Part shown: piece by piece, positions 9,342 to 18,970 of the stretch
How the letters are laid out: each line of letters opens with the position of its first letter
How positions within the stretch are numbered: the first letter of the stretch is position 1
NCBI GenBank assembly: GCA_002104945.1
Contig: MCFH01000189.1
Coordinates: 1 to 18,970, forward strand
Length of the DNA stretch: 18,970 nt
Direction of reading: 5' to 3'
From: Piromyces finnis finn
Lineage: Eukaryota; Fungi; Neocallimastigomycota
The notes under the pieces: generated by a model
Told to the model about the DNA's origin: nothing
Database searches by the model: none
What the model saw: the letters and a program-made list of their open reading frames with translations, nothing else
Position numbers and translations under genes: made by a program

Positions 9342-12300
9342 TTAATTTTTATAATCGTAATTTTTTTCAAAAATTTCAAGCTTATATTGAACGGTCTTTT
9401 GAATAAGATCTTCAATTTGTTTTTCATAATTATCTTCTTCCTTTTTAATATGTGATATTTTTTCAAATATTTCATCATTTAATATGAAAGAAGTAGGAAG
9501 GTGTTTTGGATTACTACTTTCATCACTTTCTATGTCATTATCACTATCCATTGATAACTCATTTGTTTTATATAAAACAACTTTATCTTCACCATCCTCT
9601 AAATCCGAATTATCAAAGTTATTTGCTTTTGAATCTGAAGCGTTTAACGTTGTTGATGAAGTTGTTGAATCTTTACTATTAAATGGATAGTTTTCACTAT
9701 TTGATGGATTGAAGCTGATATTAGAAAGGGGAAGTGAATAGCGTTTTCTTTTTTCCATATTTGCTAAGATACTACCATTGAAATTATCATTAAAGATATT
9801 TTGTTTATACCACTTCTTTTCTAAGGTTTGACATTTATTTTTTAATTTATTATTTTCTTCTTCTAATTCTTTAATCTTTCCATTAGCCTCTCTAAGACGA
9901 GAGTATAATTCCTCAATAATATTTTGATTTTCGGTGATTTGTTTGATAGAACAATCCAACATTTTTTGGAATGTAACAAATAGATTATATTGAGATTTTA
10001 ACTTTTCTTCAATGTTCCAACGATTTTTAATTTCATAATAAAGTCTACGTTTAAGAAGAGCAACATCCTCACTAGATTCAATTTCACTTTCTTTTAATTC
10101 ATCATTGTCACTTTCTCCCATTAAATCATTATCCTCATTATCGTCATTTTCCATAAATTCTTTTACTAAATTCTTTTCTTGACTTTTACTATTGTTATTA
10201 TTAGAAGATAAGGAGGTATTTTGCTTTGAATCATTTTCAGGAATGAAATTTTGGTAATTATCCTTTAAATAATTGAGGAATAATTTAAGAGTAGAGAGAC
10301 TTTCTCTTAAAGAATCAATAATCATCATATATTCTTCCGCTACTCTTTTTTTAACAACTAAAAGATGTGAATCGTTTGTATTAGTAAGTCTTGGACTACT
10401 TCTTTCTTTTAAACTATTGCTCTTTATAATGTTAGAGAAATTAGAAGAAAAGATATTGTTTTTGAAAACAGATGGGAATGAACTTTTATTAGTAGATTCT
10501 GATTCTTCATCTAATTTTCTTTTTCCTTTTCTACTGGTGAAGGCATAGCCATGTCAGCAACATCTACTGGAAGATTTAAATATTTATCAACAGTGATATG
10601 TTGAACTTCATTGTCTGGGGTAGTGTAGTCTAATTCTTTAATGAAATTCTTTTCACAAAATTCTTTCATATTATTACAAATGGTTTGATGAAGATCACTT
10701 AATTCTTTATACTTTCCTTCAAAAATTAAAGTAATGTCTTTAACTTTTTTCTTTAAAGTCAAATATTGCTTTTTATTAAACTTTGGCTTTTCATCTAACG
10801 CAGAAAGATTTTCATGAATGTCTTCTTCCCTTTTCTCATTTTTATTTAATTTAGATTGAGAGTCATCATTTTCAATGATTTGATTAGTTTCTTTTGATTC
10901 TTTCTTTTCATCTGGAATTAAATTTAATTCTCTATTAGTTGAATCTGATGGAATTGTAGTATTTCCATCTTTTGATAAATTATTTATATCATTTTGTTCA
11001 CTATTTTTTATAGATGAAAAAAGTTCATCTAAAGTTGTATCAATATTGAACTTTTTAAAGACTTCTTCCATATCATTCTTAGTTTTCTTCAAATCTTCAC
11101 AAACTTTTCTTTCTTCATCTAATTCCTTTAATAAATTCTCTTCCTTTTCACGATAATTCTTATTTGTTGATTAGCATTTTCAATTTCTTTTTGAACTTCA
11201 TTTAATGTTTGCTTTATCATTTTTTGATCTGAAGCGCCTTGCTTTTTTAATTGTATGTTTTCTTCTTTTAATTTATTTATATTATTTAAATGGTCTTCAT
11301 TCATTGCTTCTAATTCCTTACATCTACTATTATATTTTTGCATTGTTTCTATATAAAAGTCTAGTTCCTTTATAAGATCGTCTTTTTCTTTCATTATATT
11401 GTTATATTTATTATTTGTATCGCGGAATTCTTGAAGTTCATTAAAGCTCTTTTCTTGGGCTTTGTTGAGCTTATCAATAGTTTCTTTTGATTGATTGAAA
11501 TCATTCATTAAACTTTGATATTCTTTATCTTTTTGAGATAATTGATCATGTAAAGCATCTACTGTATCCTTAACTTCTTTGTCCTTTTGTGTCATAGAAT
11601 CTTTCAACAGTTGAAGAGAATTTTTAATTTGGGAATATTCATTATCCTTTTTAGACATAGTATTTTGTAAATTTTGAAGAGAACTTTTAATATGCTCATT
11701 TTCATTTTCCTTTTCTTTAACAGAATCTTGAATTTGTCGTAGGGAGTTTCTCATTTGACAATTTTCAATTTCCTTTTGAGAAACAGAGTTTTGAAGTTGT
11801 TCAATTGAGTTTCTCATTTGACTATTTTCAATTTCTTTTTGAGAAACAGAGTTTTGAAGTTGTTCAATTGAGTTTTTCATTTGACTATTTTCAATTTCCT
11901 TTTGAGAAACAGAATTTTGAAGTTGTTCAATTGAGTTTTTCATTTGACTATTTTCAATTTCTTTTTGAGAAACAGAGTTTTGAAGTTGTTCAATTGAGCT
12001 TTTCATTTGAGCTTTTTCATTTTCCTTTTCAGTTACAGAATTTTGAAGTTGTTCAATAGAATTCTTCATATGAACACTTTCATTTTCTTTATCAGAAATT
12101 GAACGTTGAAGTTGTTGAATAGTATTTTTCATTTGGTCATTTTCATTTTCCTTATCAGAAAAATTGATTTTTAATTCTTGTAATAAATGAAGAATAACAT
12201 TATATTCTTCTTCTTTTTTACTCAATATATTTTTCATATCAGTCACCTTATTTTGAAGAATATCTCTTTCATCACCACAATTATTTAATTCCATTTGAAG

Positions 12301-15300
12301 ATCTTTTATAGTATTAGCCATTTCATCCTTTTCATATTTACTTTGAATTATGGTACTATCCATACTACGAAGATCAGAATTAAGTTTTTCATTTTCACTT
12401 TCTTTCATGATAATTTTTTCTGAAAGTGTCTTAAATGAATTTTTGATCTTGATAAGTTCATCATCTTTACTGGCAAGTGTGGTTTTTAAATCTGCAAAAC
12501 TATTCTTTAAGTTATCATTTTCAGTTCTTGTATTATAAATAATACCATTAGATCGTCAATTGATTTTCTCATATCTTGACTTTCTTTTTCCTTATCTACT
12601 AAACTATTTTTTAATTTTTCAATTGTTGTACTAAGGGTTTTCTTTTCCTCACAAACAAGTTGAAGATTTTCATTGTCGCTCTTTAATTGTTCAATTGATT
12701 TATTTAATTTTTCTTTTTCCGAATTGAAATAGTTTTTAGATGTTTCAAGTTGAATTTTAAGTCATTTATTATATCCTTTAATTGATTTGCTTCATTAATT
12801 TTTGCTTTTCTTATGTTATCTAAGTTTTCGTTAATAGATTGACATTCTTTATCTTTAGAATTTATTTTATCTTTAAGATCATCTAATTCTTTTTCTTTTT
12901 CTTCAGATTGTTCTAATATTGTTTCGTTCAATTTTTCTAAAGAAGATATTTTCTTTAAAAGTGAGTTATAACGCTCTTCTTTGCTATTGAGATCATCCTT
13001 GAGGGAATTGACTTCTTCATTTAATTCTTTGTTTAATTCTAAAATCTCAATACGAGAAGACTCAATTTGATGAATCATTACTTGATAATTTTTATTTAAT
13101 TCTTTATCTTTTTCCATTTCTTTAGTTAATTCTTCTTGATCGTTTTCATAATTGAATATTATTTCATCTTTTTCATGGATTTTATAAAGAAGTGATTCAA
13201 TGTAACGTTGAAGAATTCTAATTCACAACGCTTTTTATTAATTTGGACATTTAATCTTTCAATTTTTAGTTCAACTTCCGTTAATTCTTTTTTACCAACA
13301 TTAGATTTAATACTTCTAGTTAATGAATTTCTACTTGCAATACTTCTAGAATCTGATGAAATACTATCAAATATTTTTGATGTTTTATTTAGAGAATCGG
13401 AAAAATCAAAAGAATCATTAATATCAATATCATTATCGTCGTTTTTATTTCCAATATGAGGAAGCGGCTTATTAAGATGATATTTATTGGATGAATTAGA
13501 ATTAATATAAGATGCACTCTTAACAGATAATTTGTCATCATTACCTAAGCCTTTCTCACTTTCCTTATTAGAAAGTGAGGAGAAGAATAACTTATTATTA
13601 GAATAAAGCTTCTGTAATTTTCTTCTCTTCATCCAATTCCTTTGACAATTGCTCGATTTCTTTTTAAGATCAACAATAGTATTTTGAGAATGCAAATACT
13701 TTTCTTTATATTCATTCTCTTCCGGGTGAGACGAACCATATTTCTGGTTAAATTTTTCATTATAATCAGAAATATGTTTTTCTCTTTCAGACTTTAAGTC
13801 TGAAATTTTTTCTTCTAAAGTAGCAATATGACTTTTTTGAGTTTCCATTTGATTTAAGAGACTCATACTTTTACTCTTCTCTTTTCTAAACTAAATGATT
13901 GACTTTTACATTTCTTTCTAAATCTTCATTCATGTCTAATTGACTATTTAATTTATTTTTAGTGGAGAGAAGTTCATTTTGAGCTTTCTTTAACTCCTTT
14001 TCATTAGAGTTGATGCGATCTTGTAAGGTACTAATGGTCGAATCTTTCTCATATGATTCATAACGTAATTGAATATTTTCTTGCTTTAAATCATCTATTT
14101 TAATTTTAAAATTATTAATATCTTCCTTCATTCTTTTTTCATCGTCTTTATATTGATCAAGTTCCTTTTTACAATCATTTAATTCGTTGCTTTTTTTAAG
14201 ATGGTATCATTTTGTTTAGAAACTTTATTCTCCAAATCCCGACACTTTTGTCTAAAAGAACTAATTTGTTCATTTTTTTCATTAACTGTTTTGTCATAAT
14301 ATGATTTTTCACTTTCATATTTACCGGAAGTTTTTCCTTTATTATTAGAATCTTCCATATATTTATTTACAATAATTTCAAAATTTTTAATTCGTTTTTC
14401 ATAGTTATCTGATTTATGTTTAAAATCTTCTTTTTGTGATTCAAAATCCTTTTGTGATAATACCAACTGATCTTTTAATTCTTTATTATTGTTTTTAATG
14501 TCAATAATTTCATTTTCATATTTACCACATTTATTTTGAAGAAGTAAAATTTGATTTTGAAGTGAAGAATCTTTCGAATTTTTAATATTTTCTGCTTCAT
14601 TTTTATAATTATTATAATTTAGTTTAAGATCTTCATATTCTTTTAATATTTTTTGATAAGCATCTTCGGTTTCTTTTAATTTTTCAACTAATTCCGGATA
14701 TTATTATTATATTATTATTATTCGATTGATTATTTTCTGAGAATGAAGTATTATTATTATGGGCTTTTAGTGAAAGATTATAAATATCACTCCAACTTGT
14801 TTTAGATAAATGTTTAATATTTTCGAAGAAGTTCTTGAACTGACATTTTCTAAACGCTAAAAATATAAATTTATAAAGAATAAAAATAAAATTAAAATCA
14901 TGTATAGGAATCCTATGATTCATAATTTATTATTATTATTTAATTATATATATAAAAGAAGCATTACCAATTTCGATATCTCTTCTCTACTTTGATTTAA
15001 TTCAATCTGAAGTTCTTTAATTCTATTTTGATACATTTGTTGAATGCATATTAATAATTCATTTGTATATTTATCGGTTCCTTTAGAAGCTTTATTATTT
15101 AATAAAAAATATTGTTTATATAGAATTATCCAATGAATATTAGAAAGAAATTTTTTATTTTTTTTAAGTCATAGTATCATTAAATTATTATATTATACCA
15201 AGATCTAATTGAATTAAAGCTGCATCTCTTGATTTTTTATCAGTATGAGCCAAAGCTAATTGTAATGCTGAATCTCTTATTCTTAATTCCTTTTTTAAAC

Positions 15301-15563
15301 GCTCTTGTATAGAATTTTGGCGTTTCTGTATCAAATCAAATTGCTAATAATATTATTATATAATATAAAATATTTAGTTTTTATTAAATTATTCTGAAAT
15401 TAATAATTATGTACATTTCATTTATTTATAATAGTTATAAATATTTATATATATTTAATAATTATTTTATTAAATATATCTACCTGGGTAGAGTTATTAT
15501 ACTTTCATACGTATTGAAGTTATTCATTTCTCTCTCCATATTCTTTTGCATCATATTATTCAT
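9342..15563 (-). CDS. ~1,950-aa long coiled-coil protein with N-terminal HR1/Uds1-like domain and internal 21-aa repeats
   Basis: Exons 15563-15484, 15343-15199, 15089-14968 and 14856-~9342, with GT-AG introns. The last exon appears as abutting E/K/N/L-rich ORFs in changing frames (14684.., 14179.., 13886.., 13159.., 12704.., 11128.., 10511.., 9342..). At the junctions I checked the composition stays coding-like with no intron signals, so these are indel breaks. Exon 1 is 80 nt where 81 is needed. Start and exact stop are tentative. Confidence 0.8.
11587..12216 (-). repeat. Coding tandem repeat, 63-bp unit x ~10 (consensus KEIENSQMKNSIEQLQNSVSQ)
   Basis: Units begin at residues 65, 86, 107 ... 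254 of ORF 11128..12408. Central units (~11755-12027) are nearly identical at DNA level (aaacagagttttgaagttgttcaattgag recurs); outer units are degenerate. Confidence 0.95.
14968..15343 (-). other. HR1/Uds1-like antiparallel helical domain
   Basis: Spliced translation: QFDLIQKRQNSIQERLKKELRIRDSALQLALAHTDKKSRDAALIQLDLASKGTDKYTNELICIQQMYQNRIKEL. From memory it resembles the LxxExKIRD(A/G)AxxL...S.+K...L..EL pattern of HR1 and Uds1 domains. Confidence 0.55.
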
Positions 15564-17554
15564 GTCGAATATCTTTATATTATACTAAATATTAAAGTAT
15601 ATTTTTTCTCCAAAATAGTAAAATGTAAATATTTTATTTTGATATAATTTATTCTTAATAATATTTTTTTATCTAAATTATAAGATAATACTATATTTCT
15701 TTTTTTTTTTTTTTTTAAAAAAAAAACAAAATACAATTATAATATAATAATCTATCTCTTTTTATTTATTTTCTTTTATCAAAAAAGAAAAAAGTACTAA
15801 AATAAAGTTTATAATTTTTTTTTCTTTTTTCGATAATAAAGTTTCTTATACCAAAAATGAAATGTATAAAAGGATTAAATAAAAAAATAAAGATAAAAAA
15901 TAAAAATAAAAATAAAATACAAAATGCAAAATGCAAAAAAAAAAAAAAAAAAAAATTAAAAATTATAAATTAAAAAAACATAACTTTTATTGAATTAAAT
16001 TTAATTAAAATTTTATTAAATTATTTTTAATTAAAATTTTGAAATTTTAAATTAAATTGATTTAATTATTATATAAAAGGAAACTAATTAAATTTTAAAA
16101 AAAAATTAACAATTTTTTCCAAGTTAAGATACTGTATCTTTTAATATATTTGCATTTCTACTAAGAATGTTTTGCCATTTTCAACTTTAAGAATTTCAAT
16201 CGGATTAATATATTGTTATTTATAAAAATAATTAATAAACGAGATTTATATATCCTTAAAATGCTTTTAAAAAAAAATAATAAATTAAAATTTATTTTTG
16301 TTTCATATTAAAAAAAAAATACCTACATATTTACATATTGAAAATAATATTAAATTACTATTATTATTTATTTTTTTTTTCTTATATAAATGATCCATAT
16401 AATCACTCTAATTAAAATTGTTACATTAAAAAATAAAGACAAAGATTTCATAATAATACATATTTGATTTAATGTTTGTATTAAAAGATATTTTGAGGAA
16501 ATTTCAAAATATTCTAAATAAATTAAATTTATTTTATTTTGGACAATAAATCTTTTAATTGTTGCAAGTTTTAATTAATAATATATAATATATAGAAAGG
16601 AATTATAAAAGAATAGATAATCATTGTTAATGTTGTACATTGAGATAATATAATAAGACAATATTCAAAGAAAGTATATAAATATATGGTTTTAAAAATA
16701 TTTATAGTTATAGCAAAATCATTTAGTTGTTATCATTTTATTTTATAATTTATTAATATCATCATGAATTATATTTACAAGGTTCAAAAGATTTTCTTTA
16801 TTTGTATGAATATAATTGATATAGTAAATAATATATATTTTATAATGATGTAGATATATTCAAAATTATATGATAAATTATAAATTTTATTATTTTAGTA
16901 TAATTGATAGTATATATAAAAAAAAAAATAATTATTTTTTTTTTTTTTTTTTTTCGCATACATAAAAATAACAATTATCAAGTTTCTATCTGTTAATTAG
17001 AAAATACTTTTTATATTTCATTATTAAGATAAGAAACTATAATTTTAATATATAATTCTTTCTTTTAATTATTATTAATTAAAAGAAAATTTATTTATTA
17101 ACTATTATTCAATATTCATAGTTATATAATCATACAATATAAAAATAATAAGAAAAAAAAAAGAATGAAAAAAACTTTTTTTTTAAAAAAAAAATAATTT
17201 TTATTACCATTTTTATTATTTTATAAATATTATATAAATACAAAAATTTTGGTACATATTATTGTGTATGTATGTGTATGCTTTTTTCTTTTAGTTGTGA
17301 TTTGATTTTTGTTTTTTATATTTTAATTTTTTTTTTTTTGAAAAGTGTTAATTTTTAATTTTATTGTTGACTAATGTTAAGATTTTCCAAATCAATTATT
17401 ATGTTAATAACATTAATAATGATTTTACTTTTAATTAATTATTTATTTTTATTTTTATTTGTTTATATGATTTTCTTTTTCAAAATTTTTCTTTAAGATT
17501 AGTCAACTTTTTTTACTTTTTATTTCTTTTTATCTTTTTCCTTTTTTATTCTGT
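15564..17554. other. Extremely AT-rich intergenic region (coronin 3' end, promoter region of gene 2)
   Basis: Homopolymer runs and an (AAAAAT)n-like stretch near 15890-15955; no ORF in the track. Confidence 0.7.
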
Positions 17555-18970
17555 TCATTTGGCAATGTTCATTTGTTCTAATTGAGCTTCTAATTGTCTT
17601 ATCTTAATATCCTTTTGAGTAATAGTACTCTTTAATTGTTCAATTTCCTTCTTCATTTCCTTATATGCTTCCTTTAACTAATTATAATTATAATAAGATC
17701 AATAATATTTTTTAATTATATTATTCAAAAAAATTTTTGTTAAAAATTTTTTATATATTATTTATTATTCATATACACATACTTCCTTTTCAGAAGTTGG
17801 CATCTTTTCATCATTTTGTGCAAGGGTAGCAGCAGCAGCAGCGTTATCAACGCTAAATTCACGCTTAACTGGAACAAAGCCATCCTTAAGATTGAATAAT
17901 AATGGGTTAGCATCCTTACCAGAGAAGAATTCTTCACAGGTTAAAGCTGGTTTACCATCACAAGTATCAGTGTAAATATCACTGGCAAAGTTATCAGACT
18001 ATAAATTTTCAAAAAAATAAAATTTTTAGTTTTCTAATATAATAGCTAAATTTCAAATAAGCTAATATAAATTTCCTTTTTTATTCATTTAAAATATATA
18101 TATATATATTTATTTTACCTTTCTTGGGAACACGGAATGAAATGGTTCAACAGCATTACTGTGAAGCTTGTATAAACGAGCAACTTCAACTTCAGAAGTG
18201 TTAACAGCACGCTTTGGTAAGTATCCCATACCACGTTGTGGATCATACTCTTGAATTCTGTATATATAAATTAAATATAAAATGGTAAATATATAAAGAT
18301 TTTTTTTTTTTTTTTGGTTATATATATTTAAAATGGTAACATTACCAGAAAGGAAGTATAATTGTTGACTGTCATCAACATATTCGTAGTAACGAATGTT
18401 ACCATCACCTTTACCAGCAATGTAAAGCATTTTAGTATCATTATCATAGAATGGCATAAGAACACACAGAACTTGTATCAATATTTTCTTGAATGATTGG
18501 AGTACCAAAGTTCTTAGTATCGTAAACAAATATTTGACGATCACTAGTTCTACTGAAACCAGTAGTGGCAATTTTATCTAAATCACCCATCCAAACAGCT
18601 CTAGAACCCTTAACACCTTGGTGACCGCTAGTTTCCTATTTAATTTAAGTAAAATAAAATGGTTGTAATAAAAACAATTAATATATATGAAAATAAAATA
18701 CAACGAAATTTATATATGTAATAACAAACGCTTTGATATTAACCATTGCAACTTTACCGGAACGGACATCAAATACTCTAAGTTTCTTATCTCTACAGCT
18801 GGAACATAATAAACTTCCATTGTAACTCCATGAGATAGATTGAATAATTTCAGAACAACCAGTTAATTGAACCTTTTCACTACCATTAGTAATATCCCAA
18901 ATACGAATAGTTAAATCACCACTAGCACTAGCTAAAACATTATCAGCAACTGGGTGGAAAAGAACATGAC
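17555..18970 (-). CDS. CRN1: Coronin (actin-binding WD40 beta-propeller plus C-terminal coiled coil), 5'-truncated by the window end
   Basis: Exons >18970-18744, 18635-18346, 18257-18119, 17998-17783, 17677-17555 (TGA). Hallmark motifs: HPVADNVLASASGDLTIRIWD, CRDKKLRVFDVR, GHQGVKGSRAVW, TGFSRTSDRQ, LMPFYDNDTKMLYIAGKGDGNIRYYE, PQRGMGYLPKRAVN, VPRK|SDNF, and a terminal coil LKEAYKEMKKEIEQLKSTITQKDIKIRQLEAQLE. About four 1-nt indels must be corrected. Confidence 0.95.

Noticed and set aside
11755-12060. 63-bp direct repeats as a possible CRISPR array, and antisense ORF 11805..12059
   Set aside because: Units abut with no unique spacers, lie in frame within a eukaryotic exon, and the plus-strand ORF is only the repeat's antisense shadow.
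274-13459. Short antisense or intronic ORFs (274..462, 1069..1260, 4744..4926, 5208..5423, 5549..5737, 9484..9690, 10273..10548, 12350..12538, 13208..13459)
   Set aside because: All overlap better-supported genes on the opposite strand or span introns. Their F/L/S/I-rich composition is what the antisense of E/K/D/N codons produces.
9342-14856. Programmed frameshifting or an alternative genetic code in gene 2
   Set aside because: Breaks are frame changes rather than in-frame stops, show no common slippery motif, and also occur in coronin. Indel error explains them.
15880-16060. (AAAAAT)n stretch and AT-only mini-palindromes
   Set aside because: Expected by chance at this base composition; no evidence of function.

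Overview
Very AT-rich eukaryotic DNA with three intron-containing genes, all on the minus strand. The low GC, short AT-rich introns, poly-Asn/Ser tracts and fungal-type coronin suggest an anaerobic gut fungus (Neocallimastigomycota); this is inference. (1) ~7879->3153: a 7-exon, ~1,290-aa coiled-coil/low-complexity protein. Splicing by hand reveals a CC1-box-like motif (KKKDLTLAAVIGQCLLEAN) resembling dynein-dynactin activating adaptors (TRAK/HAP1/BICDR/CDR2). The ORF track misses it because it sits in a 90-nt exon. (2) ~15563->9342: a 4-exon, ~1,950-aa coiled-coil protein with an N-terminal HR1/Uds1-like helical domain and a 63-bp (21-aa) tandem repeat. (3) 18970->17555: the 3' part of a coronin gene. 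Bases 1-6011 form a ~3-kb-per-arm palindrome with no spacer, centred at 3005/3006, which duplicates the 3' half of gene 1. The arm differences I checked are almost all single-base indels, and similar indels break even the conserved coronin. The palindrome is therefore most likely a long-read or amplification fold-back artefact in a poorly polished assembly, although a real hairpin or inverted duplication cannot be excluded from sequence alone. No RNA genes, transposons or CRISPR arrays could be supported.
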